Shown: in pieces, positions 47,524 through 56,334 of the stretch
How the letters are laid out: every line of letters begins with the position of its first letter
Position numbering within the stretch: the stretch's first letter is position 1
Assembly (NCBI GenBank): GCA_948435735.1
Contig: CAOJGX010000001.1
Location: 1-59,994 of the forward strand
From: an uncultured Clostridium sp.
GTDB lineage: Bacteria > Bacillota > Clostridia > TANB77 > CAG-508
Length of the DNA: 59,994 bases
Direction: 5' to 3'
Notes under the pieces: model-generated
Databases searched by the model: none
What the model saw: only the letters and a program-made list of their open reading frames with translations
What the model was told of the DNA's origin: nothing
Made by a program: the position numbers and the translations under genes

Positions 47524-49161
47524 TTAATCTGTATATACCTGATAAAATTTATCCCCCACAAAATGAAATGTTATATCTTTTAACTCCTTCAAAAACGCTT
47601 CATAACGCGTCACATAGGCAACCGATTTATCATTTGAAATTTGGTAATAATTTCCATAAATTTGTTCTATTCCATCTAATATGGTTTCCCCTTTTTCATT
47701 CAGTAACCTACCATTCATTTTGGCAAAATTGTAATCATTAAAATCAATGGCTTGATCCGTATTAGCACAAATGTATAGACCATATTGGATTAAAGTAGGG
47801 TCAATCATATCAAATTCCTCTTCAAAAACTTTATGAAATTCTGTGTCTAGCACCATATATTTATGATTACTATTTTTTACAATATAACGATTTTCTGCCA
47901 TATAAATATCTTTATAAATATCGGACAAAATATTGCCTTCTGAATTGATAAAGTAAATTGTGTCATCATTATAATTGCGAATTAAAATTTTATCTTCGAT
48001 AAAATCTAAAATTTGTGCCTTGCCTGTCATACTATTTTTCTTGCCATAACTGGTAAACCATCCTTGTTCTTTCGATGCAATATCAAAAAACGGAATCGAT
48101 TTATCACGATAGACATACACATATTCCTCATCATAATCTAGATTAGAACATGGTAAATTAATGCGTATATTTAAGTTATCTTTTTTAGCTAATTCAAATT
48201 TATCTCCTAAACCAAGATTGGATTGTGTGATGATAATATCGTATTCCTCATTGTAATCATAGCGATACGTATATTCATCTGATAATTCTTCATATCTTGG
48301 TATTTTCTGTATGGCATCTGTTTTGGTTTCGATTTCTGTTTGCATTTGACCACCTTGGCCTAATGTATTGGTGAAAATGTCTTCTAACTCTTGTTTTTTG
48401 GCTTCGTAATTTTCATTTGATGATTCGGCTCGGTAAGACATGACTTTTCTTTCATTTTTCATCATAATATAGGAAGTTTTATCCTCACAAACCAAAGCAA
48501 CTTGAAAATCCTTATTAAACGCTGTAATATTCACAAAAGGACTTGCATAATCATACTTAAAATCAATCACCACTTCTCCTTTTGGGTTAATATAACCATA
48601 CTTTCCATCTTTTTTCACATTAATATATGGCTCCGTAATTTCTAATTCAGTAACATATTTAAAATAATCACTTTTATACTCTTGATTATCCTCATTTTCC
48701 TTATTTTTAATTGCTTGCCCAATGATTTCATACGAAAAGGAAACACCTATTAAAATTACAATACTTACAATCATCAAAGCAATGATTGATATGGCTGTTG
48801 TACTGTCAAGTTCCACACTCTTATCTTTTACTGTTTGAACCATAACGATGATACCAGAAAGAATGGAAAAAATCGCAATCACTGGCTCTTTCAAAAATAT
48901 AAAACTAAGTGCAAAAATACCAATCAAATAACCCGTTTTCATTTTGCTATTATCTTGATTATGATGATATTGAAATCCATCCATACCAATCATTAAAACT
49001 AAAAGCACATAACTTACCTTTAAAATAACATTTGTGACACTTAATTCTTGAATCGTAAGGTCTACGATTTCCTGTGGTATGTAAATTGTATAAACCAAAA
49101 TCAGCAAACCAAATAAGAGGTTCATACAACCAATACATAAATTAACAACTTTTCCTTTCAT
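47524..49161 (-). CDS. membrane-anchored WG-repeat protein
   Basis: 545 aa, 4-5 N-terminal TM segments. KKDGKYGYINPKGEVVIDFKYDYASPF-type WG/KWG repeats. Confidence 0.55.
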   Translation of the reverse strand: MKGKVVNLCIGCMNLLFGLLILVYTIYIPQEIVDLTIQELSVTNVILKVSYVLLVLMIGMDGFQYHHNQDNSKMKTGYLIGIFALSFIFLKEPVIAIFSILSGIIVMVQTVKDKSVELDSTTAISIIALMIVSIVILIGVSFSYEIIGQAIKNKENEDNQEYKSDYFKYVTELEITEPYINVKKDGKYGYINPKGEVVIDFKYDYASPFVNITAFNKDFQVALVCEDKTSYIMMKNERKVMSYRAESSNENYEAKKQELEDIFTNTLGQGGQMQTEIETKTDAIQKIPRYEELSDEYTYRYDYNEEYDIIITQSNLGLGDKFELAKKDNLNIRINLPCSNLDYDEEYVYVYRDKSIPFFDIASKEQGWFTSYGKKNSMTGKAQILDFIEDKILIRNYNDDTIYFINSEGNILSDIYKDIYMAENRYIVKNSNHKYMVLDTEFHKVFEEEFDMIDPTLIQYGLYICANTDQAIDFNDYNFAKMNGRLLNEKGETILDGIEQIYGNYYQISNDKSVAYVTRYEAFLKELKDITFHFVGDKFYQVYTD

Positions 49162-49169
49162 TCATTACC

Positions 49170-49691
49170 TCATTTATATAAATTCTTTTGTTTGATATAA
49201 GCTATCACTTGTGCAGGCACAAAATCCTCAATCGGTTCATTTTGTTTTATTTTCTCTCTGACAAGACTAGAACTAATCTGTTTCATATTTCCATTTTCTC
49301 TGTCTAGCACAATATATTGATAATTCCTCAGCAAATCATCTGCATTTTTCCAAAGCAGCATTTTCTGATAATTGTCACTTCCCATAATAAAAAATCGCTC
49401 TGCTTCTGGAAATTTTTTGTCAATGATGCGAAACGTATCAATCGCATATGTTTTTTCGTTTTTATTAGAAATGGCTAATATCTGCATTTTTTCTTCTTGC
49501 TCAAAAGCTATTTTAAGCATTTCTATTCGATGTTCTAATTCAATTAAATCTTTTTTCTCATACCAATTTCCCATTGGCACAAAATATACTTTGTCTAAGT
49601 TTTTTTCTTGGATTACCTTTTTAATCAATTGTACATGCGCGTTTGTTATTGGGTTAAAACAGCCACCAAAAAAACCAATCCTACTTTTCAC
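49170..49691 (-). CDS. nadD: nicotinate-nucleotide adenylyltransferase
   Basis: 173 aa. IGFFGGCFNPITNAHV (GxFxPxHxGH-type) and IMGSDNY. Confidence 0.75.
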   Translation of the reverse strand: MKSRIGFFGGCFNPITNAHVQLIKKVIQEKNLDKVYFVPMGNWYEKKDLIELEHRIEMLKIAFEQEEKMQILAISNKNEKTYAIDTFRIIDKKFPEAERFFIMGSDNYQKMLLWKNADDLLRNYQYIVLDRENGNMKQISSSLVREKIKQNEPIEDFVPAQVIAYIKQKNLYK

Positions 49692-50364
49692 TTTCTATTT
49701 CCTTCTTTACTTCTTCATAAATTTCTGCATGGATTTCTTCAATTGTTTTAAGTTGATTATTTGCTGTACAGGCAATTTCATACCAACCATATTTTTTTGC
49801 CACAGAACACGCTGCCTCATAACTTTCTTGTAAATGGCTATGACTACGTTCATGAATATCTTTTTCTTGTGTATGAGAAAATTTATTTTCCCTATTTTTG
49901 ATTAGTTCCTCTGCTTTTTCTGGCGGCATATTCAAAAAAAATACTTTCGTTGGTTCTGGAATGCCATACAAATTAAATTCCAAATCAAATAGCCAATTAA
50001 TAAATTTTTCTCTTTCTTTTTCATCTTCAATTTTTCCAGCCTGATGTACCATATTCGCTGTTGTGTAACGATCAGCTAAGATAATACCACCTTTGTTATA
50101 ATATTCTTCAAAATCTTTTTTATAAGTCGCATAACGATCTGCTGCATAAAAAGTAGAAGCAATATAGGGGCTGATTTGTTTTGGATCATTTCCAAATTCA
50201 CCCGATAAATACATTTTTACTAAGCTAGAAGATGGACTATCATAATTGGGAAAAGAAACAGTTTGAAATTGGATTTTGTCTTGTGTTAAATGTTCTTGTA
50301 ACTTTTCAAATTGCGTTTGTTTTCCACTTCCATCGGTTCCATCAATTACAAATAATTTTCCCAT
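49681..50364 (-). CDS. tmk: thymidylate kinase
   Basis: Start moved to MGKLFVIDGTDGSGKQTQ (50364), which has SD agggagg. P-loop GTDGSGK. Confidence 0.85.
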   Translation of the reverse strand: MGKLFVIDGTDGSGKQTQFEKLQEHLTQDKIQFQTVSFPNYDSPSSSLVKMYLSGEFGNDPKQISPYIASTFYAADRYATYKKDFEEYYNKGGIILADRYTTANMVHQAGKIEDEKEREKFINWLFDLEFNLYGIPEPTKVFFLNMPPEKAEELIKNRENKFSHTQEKDIHERSHSHLQESYEAACSVAKKYGWYEIACTANNQLKTIEEIHAEIYEEVKKEIESEK

Positions 50365-50431
50365 GTTTTCCTCCCTTTGGGGTTTGATTTTTGGTTTGAT
50401 TATCCGAGCAACTATAAACATTTGCCCTAGA

Positions 50432-52012
50432 TTATTTTTTCATAGCGTTTTTGATATATTCAATTTCTTCTTCTTTCTCTTTTCTCATAAATAATGGTTC
50501 CCCTTTTTCCACAACTTTTGCATTGTTGGGGATTACATGATAGCTTTTAAGCGAATCCCAAGTTTTTAAATTTTCCTCTTCTAAGCCTAATTGAGAAAAC
50601 ATATTAGCTGCTGTATTGGGCATAAATGGTGTTAACAAAATTGCAATCTTCCTTAAATTTTCCGCTAAATGATACATGACTGATTTTAGCTTTTCTGTGC
50701 TTTCTTCTTTCGCCAAAACCCAAGGTGCTGTTTCATCAATATATTTATTGGTTCGTGCAATTAAATTCCATATCTCGGCTAAACTATTGCTGATATGAAA
50801 ATCATCCATGCATTGTTCCACCATTTCGCATTGTTTGATTGTAAATTCTTCAACTGCTTCATCTGGCTCATTTTTTTCTGAAAATTCGGTTGGAATACTT
50901 CCCTCAAAATACTTATTCATCATACCAATCGTTCGATTTAAAAGATTACCTAAATCATTGCATAAATCAAAATTATATCTTTCCACAAAATTTTCTGGCG
51001 TAAACGTAGAATCTTGTCCAAAAGACAATTCGCGTAACAAATAATATTTCGTTGCATCCAAACCATATCGTTCCATCAAGTCTTCTGGATAAATCACATT
51101 TCCTTTTGATTTCGACATTTTACCGTCTTTCATCACAATAAAACCATGCGAATAAATCTGTTTTGGAAGTTCTAAGCCAAGTGCCATCAAGAAAATTGGC
51201 CAATAAATGCCATGAAAACGAATGATATCTTTGCCAACAATTTGAAAATCAGCTGGCCAATATTTTTTAAACAACGTATCATCCTCTGACAAATACCCTA
51301 AAGCTGTAATATAGTTAGTTAACGCATCTACCCAAACATACAAAACATGTTTTGGGTCATTGTTCATTTTAATCCCCCAATCAAACGTTGTTCGACTAAT
51401 GCACAAATCTTCCAAACCGGGCTTAATAAAATTATTGAAAATTTCATTTCGCCTTGATTCTGGTTTAATAAAATCAGGACGTTCTTCATATAACTGAATC
51501 AATCGATCTTGATATTTTTTCATATCAAAAAAATACGATTCTTCTTGCATTTTCTTAACTTCTCTGCCACAATCTGGACATTTGCCATCGACTAACTGCG
51601 TCTGCGTAAAATACGTTTCGCAAGGCATGCAATACCAGCCTTCATAGGTTCCTTTATACACATCACCATTTTCAAGGAATTTTTCGATGATTTTTTCCAC
51701 TGCTTTTTCATGACGTTCTTCTGTTGTACGAATAAAATCATCATATTGAAGTTCCATTTTGTGCCATAATTTTTGAGCATTGGTTGCCATTTCATCAACA
51801 TACGCTTGTGGTGTCATTCCTCTGTTTTCAGCAACTGTCTGAATTTTCTGACCGTGTTCATCTAAACCAGTTAACATATAGGCATCATAGCCTCTTAAGA
51901 TTTTATAACGTTTGATGCAATCTGCCAAAATAGTCGTATACACGTTGCCAATATGAAATTTCCCACTGGGATAATAAATTGGTGTTGTTACATAAAATTT
52001 TTTGTTTTCCAT
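50432..52012 (-). CDS. metG: methionine--tRNA ligase (short form)
   Basis: 526 aa. PIYYPSGKFHIGNVY (HIGH), four Cys zinc knuckle and KMSKSKGN. Confidence 0.95.
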   Translation of the reverse strand: MENKKFYVTTPIYYPSGKFHIGNVYTTILADCIKRYKILRGYDAYMLTGLDEHGQKIQTVAENRGMTPQAYVDEMATNAQKLWHKMELQYDDFIRTTEERHEKAVEKIIEKFLENGDVYKGTYEGWYCMPCETYFTQTQLVDGKCPDCGREVKKMQEESYFFDMKKYQDRLIQLYEERPDFIKPESRRNEIFNNFIKPGLEDLCISRTTFDWGIKMNNDPKHVLYVWVDALTNYITALGYLSEDDTLFKKYWPADFQIVGKDIIRFHGIYWPIFLMALGLELPKQIYSHGFIVMKDGKMSKSKGNVIYPEDLMERYGLDATKYYLLRELSFGQDSTFTPENFVERYNFDLCNDLGNLLNRTIGMMNKYFEGSIPTEFSEKNEPDEAVEEFTIKQCEMVEQCMDDFHISNSLAEIWNLIARTNKYIDETAPWVLAKEESTEKLKSVMYHLAENLRKIAILLTPFMPNTAANMFSQLGLEEENLKTWDSLKSYHVIPNNAKVVEKGEPLFMRKEKEEEIEYIKNAMKK

Positions 52013-52059
52013 TCTCTTTTCTTCCTTTCCTAAGTTAAACTACAACTTGACCTAAAAAT

Positions 52060-53364
52060 TTATTCTCCTCTTTCTCTTCTTCCTGGTACTTCCCAAGCTT
52101 CTACTTCCTCTTGGATATCTTCTGTATGTTCATCTGTTGCACTGTCTATATTTTTATCATCATTTAAACTAATGTCATTTTCTAACGCAATTTGAGTCGT
52201 TTCTTTATCGCACCAATCATCAATTTTCTGGATTTGTTCTATTTTTTGCTCTGGTGATAAATTGCTGTTATATTTTATCATATAAATATTTTGCGAGTAT
52301 TTTTCTAATACTTTCTCCATATCTCTTTTATAATTTTCTATCTCCTGCACAGACAAATCCATTTTATCATCAATTTGCTCTCTAATGACTAAACCTTCAC
52401 TATCCGTATATTCAATATATTCCGGAGACTGTAATTTCAGAGGCTTTACAACTTTTCCCATTTGCGTTACATTTCCTGTTACATCTCTTACTTCTTGATT
52501 CTCCGTTCCATACGAAATCATGCGATTATCTTGGAATCCATAATACTTATTAGGCCCTTCAAGATTTGAACCATCTGCCACTTCTAACATTAAAACTCGA
52601 TTTCCATTTTTGTTAACACGTGTTCCATCCACTTTATCGCCTAATTCACTTGCATTGACATAGAAATAACTTTTAATTTGTGTAACACCTAATCTTCTAC
52701 ATGCTTTTACAACATCTTCTGGGCCTGTTTCCTTTTCTTCTTGCCCTATTTCAACTTCTTTTTTGTCCTTGTTTTTATTCTCTAAAGCTTCTCTTTCTTC
52801 CTTTGTCTTTCCATTTTCCTCATTTTTCTCATCAATCTTTTGATCCACCGCATTTCGCACTTTTTCATCAATATTTCGCTCTCCCATGGTAGCTATTTTA
52901 TCCATATCATCCAAAGTTTTCGGTGCAATTTCGTCTATCATCTGTTCCTCTTCTTTTGCTGTCATGGTATCTTTTGCATATTTTTTGATGTGTTCCCTAA
53001 TGGTTTTTCTAAGTTCCTCGTTGGTAAGCTGAAATTCATGCTTCTCCAAATCATAAACCCCAAACTCACCTTCTGGAATTTTTCCTTCTTTATTCGTGTT
53101 AATCAGAACTGCCGTATTCTTTTGTCGATTAACAACCGTATAAATTCGTTGCAACTCTTGATTATTTTCATAATCCATTCGCGTCCCAGTAGTTCTATCA
53201 TATTTTTCTGGATGTTCCGCAATTAAAAATTCTGCCAAATTACAAACTTGCACCTCAGACAATTCACTCATCTCATATTTTTCAAAAATCTCCGGATATT
53301 TTTTCATCAAATTTTGCTTAATATAATTTGCTTTTTCTGGATTATTTTCATAATTTCTTTGCAT
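52060..53364 (-). CDS. hypothetical acidic protein
   Basis: 434 aa with a central Lys/Glu-rich linker. No family recognised. Confidence 0.5.
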   Translation of the reverse strand: MQRNYENNPEKANYIKQNLMKKYPEIFEKYEMSELSEVQVCNLAEFLIAEHPEKYDRTTGTRMDYENNQELQRIYTVVNRQKNTAVLINTNKEGKIPEGEFGVYDLEKHEFQLTNEELRKTIREHIKKYAKDTMTAKEEEQMIDEIAPKTLDDMDKIATMGERNIDEKVRNAVDQKIDEKNEENGKTKEEREALENKNKDKKEVEIGQEEKETGPEDVVKACRRLGVTQIKSYFYVNASELGDKVDGTRVNKNGNRVLMLEVADGSNLEGPNKYYGFQDNRMISYGTENQEVRDVTGNVTQMGKVVKPLKLQSPEYIEYTDSEGLVIREQIDDKMDLSVQEIENYKRDMEKVLEKYSQNIYMIKYNSNLSPEQKIEQIQKIDDWCDKETTQIALENDISLNDDKNIDSATDEHTEDIQEEVEAWEVPGRRERGE

Positions 53365-53377
53365 TTTTCCCTATCCT

Positions 53378-54733
53378 TTATTTTAATTTTTTCTCTATCA
53401 AATCAGCCAATTCCTGCGCTCTTTTGGTGATATATTCTTGATTTTCACCTTCAATCATCACACGTACCTTTGGCTCTGTCCCAGAAGGACGAATCAGCAC
53501 TCTTCCATTGCCTGAAAATTCCTTTTCTAACTCCTCAATTTTTTGCCTAATTTCAGAATCTGTTTCATACTCATACTTCTTCTCACTAGAAACTTTGGCA
53601 TTAATCAAAACTTGTGGATAAATCGTCACGATTTTTCGCATTTCTGACGCTTTCATTTTTTTCTCTAACATCGCCCCAATTAACATCAGCGAAGTTAAAA
53701 TTCCATCTCCTGTCGGATTATAATCCAACAAAATGACATGACCAGATTGCTCTCCACCTAAATTATAGCCATTTTTTAACATTTCTTCCAACACATAACG
53801 ATCTCCCACTTTCGTAGTAACCATATGAACCCCATTTTTCTCCGCATATTTCGTTAACCCAAGATTGCTCATAACCGTCACCACTAGCGAGTTTTGGCTT
53901 AATTTATTTTGACTCTTAAAATAATCCGCCAAAATTGCCATAATGATATCACCATCCATCACCTCGCCATTTTCGTCAACCGCCAAACATCTATCTCCAT
54001 CCCCATCATAAGCAATGCCTAAGTCAAATCCTTTTTCTTGGACATACTTGGAAATCGTTTCTAAGCAGGTAGAACCACAATTTTGATTAATGTTCACACC
54101 ATCTGGCTCATGATGGATAATTTCAAAATCAATCCCCAATTCTGAAAAAACTTTTTCTGCGACTTGATAGGTTGCTCCATTAGCAGTGTCAACTGCCACT
54201 TTTAGGTGACTTTTTTGAAGCTTCGTACCAAAAATATCTTTAAAAAATCCAATGTATTCCTTCATATACTCGCTCGCTTCTTCTGCCACCCCAATTTTAT
54301 CACCCACTGCCATCAACGTTGACAATTTTTCCGAATCAATGATTTCTTCAATCTCTTCTTCAATTTCATCTGGAATTTTCATGCCTTGATTACTAAAATA
54401 TTTTACCCCATTAAATTCAAAAGTATTATGCGATGCTGAAATCACAACACTAGCATCTGCGTTTAATTTTTTCGTCAAATACGCAACAGCTGGTGTTGGC
54501 ATAACACCTAATAATTTAACATTGGCACCATAACTTAAAAAACCTGCTGTCATAGCACTTTCAATTAAAGTTCCAGAAATTCTTGTATCTCTTCCAATCA
54601 AAATCGTTGGTACATGGTCGGTATGCTTGGTTAACACATGGGCACCAGCTTTTGCTACACGAAAAACTAAATCTGGTGTCAGTTCCAAATTGGCAATTCT
54701 TCTAATGCCGTCTGTTCCAAAATATTTTCTCAA
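53378..54733 (-). CDS. glmM: phosphoglucosamine mutase
   Basis: KYFGTDGIR, ISASHN and GEQSGH. The ORF track starts at 54751, but AAGGAGG lies inside those first codons, 9 nt before an in-frame TTG at 54733. Confidence 0.9.
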   Translation of the reverse strand: MRKYFGTDGIRRIANLELTPDLVFRVAKAGAHVLTKHTDHVPTILIGRDTRISGTLIESAMTAGFLSYGANVKLLGVMPTPAVAYLTKKLNADASVVISASHNTFEFNGVKYFSNQGMKIPDEIEEEIEEIIDSEKLSTLMAVGDKIGVAEEASEYMKEYIGFFKDIFGTKLQKSHLKVAVDTANGATYQVAEKVFSELGIDFEIIHHEPDGVNINQNCGSTCLETISKYVQEKGFDLGIAYDGDGDRCLAVDENGEVMDGDIIMAILADYFKSQNKLSQNSLVVTVMSNLGLTKYAEKNGVHMVTTKVGDRYVLEEMLKNGYNLGGEQSGHVILLDYNPTGDGILTSLMLIGAMLEKKMKASEMRKIVTIYPQVLINAKVSSEKKYEYETDSEIRQKIEELEKEFSGNGRVLIRPSGTEPKVRVMIEGENQEYITKRAQELADLIEKKLK

Positions 54734-54878
54734 AAAAGTGGCCTCCTTCATCTAACTTAAGTTTTATTTCTTTTTATTATATCTATATATTAATATAATT
54801 TCAAGATTTTTGCTACATTTTTTCAAAAAAAACATTTTACAAGGCTAAATTTCTGTGTTATAATAAACAAAAAAGGAG

Positions 54879-55421
54879 GTGCCTTGTGTTTTGAAGCAAA
54901 CTTTTGATGCAACCCAAAATTCACTAGCAGAAGATAAAATATTAATTTTATACATCTTAAAAAAAGTAGGAAAACCGCTGTCACACAAAGAATTATTAGA
55001 ATTAATTTTAATGGTAGCTGATATTAATTACTTCTATTTTCAACAATTTTTAAGTGAATTAACGGAAGAAAATTATATTACAAAACACGCTGGAGAAATC
55101 GAATTATATGAATTAACCGAAGAAGGCACAAATGCTTTGGCTCTTACTATCGACCTCATTCCCGGCATTACCAAGCTAAAAATCGACAGCCAATTTAAAG
55201 AAAGCCTGGATTCCATTAAAGATAAATTTTCTATTTCAGCTGAGTATAACCCAATTTCTGAAAAAGATTTTATCGTAACCTGTAAAATTATCGAAAACCA
55301 TACGATTACTTTTAAACTAGAAACTCACGTTGGTTCAAAAGAACAAGCCAGTTATCTTGTTAATAACTGGAATCATAATGCTTCTGATATTTATCCTGAA
55401 ATATTGAAACTTTTAACATAA
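54879..55421 (+). CDS. DUF4364-like (PadR-like winged helix) protein
   Basis: SLAEDKILILYILKKVGKPLSHKELLELILMVADINYFYFQQFLSELTEENYI. The start is more likely TTG 54891, 10 nt after aggagg. Confidence 0.55.
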   Translation: MPCVLKQTFDATQNSLAEDKILILYILKKVGKPLSHKELLELILMVADINYFYFQQFLSELTEENYITKHAGEIELYELTEEGTNALALTIDLIPGITKLKIDSQFKESLDSIKDKFSISAEYNPISEKDFIVTCKIIENHTITFKLETHVGSKEQASYLVNNWNHNASDIYPEILKLLT

Positions 55422-55430
55422 TAACCTAAA

Positions 55431-55461
55431 AAGCGGAAATAATTTAATCTTATTTCCGCTT
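55431..55461 (+). terminator. stem-loop terminator after the DUF4364-like gene
   Basis: aagcggaaata-atttaatct-tatttccgctt. Weak T tail. Confidence 0.45.
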
Positions 55462-55548
55462 TAACACACCACTAATTATAGCATATTTTTGACTTTTTGT
55501 CAACTTGACATTTCCCCCAAAATATGATATAATAAAAGGTTACCCCTT

Positions 55549-56332
55549 TTATCTTCCCTTACGATTCATCTCATACAAAATAATTCCAGCAGCAACTGCC
55601 GCATTTAAACTTTCTGTCTTGCCTGTCATTGGAATTTTGATTTTTTCATCTGCTAATTGCAACATACTTTCTGAAACCCCATTTGCTTCGTTTCCAATAA
55701 TAACAGCCGATTTTTCATACCTCACATCATAAATCGTTTGATTGGTTTTCAAATCTGTTGCGTATACTTTTATTTCACGTTTTCCGCATTTCTTTAATGA
55801 CTTTTTCTAAATCTCGCTCAATAACCTTTACTCGAAAAATTGCTCCCATCGTAGAACGCACAACTTTTGAATTATAGCAATCCGCTGTTCCCGGTGAAAC
55901 AATGATTTGTTTCATATTTAAGCTATCTGCTGTTCTTAAAATCGTTCCCATGTTTCCTGGGTCTTGAATATTGTCTAATAGGAGAAAATGTTTGGCTCTA
56001 TAATCAATTTTGTTTTCTGTTTTGGTTGGTTTTTCCACAATTGCTAGAATGCCTTGTGGAGCTACTACTTCTGTTATCATCGTGAAAATTTTTTCACTTA
56101 CATAAACACATTCATATTTGGCAATATCGTATAATTGCTCTTGGGTCATCGAACTTTCCGTTCTGCAATCATCACAAACAACGATATATTTTATATTAGC
56201 TTCTTCTTGAATTGCCTCTTCTATCATTTTGACACCTTCTATGACAAATTCGCCAAATTCATCGCGGTATTTTTTTTCTTTTAATTTTCGGATGTGTTTG
56301 ATTAAATCATTATCTTTGCTTGTAATTACCAT
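55549..56332 (-). CDS. TrmH/SpoU-family RNA 2'-O-methyltransferase; frame broken at in-frame CGG 55784-55786 and continues in +1
   Basis: ORF 55775..56362 (start MVITSKDN at 56332) ends ..LEKVIKEM, then CGG, 2 codons, stop. The +1 frame reads GKREIKVYATDLKTNQTIYDVRYEKSAVIIGNEANGVS...ESLNAAVAAGIILYE, which is ORF 55549..55752. Confidence 0.85.
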
Positions 56333-56334
56333 GC

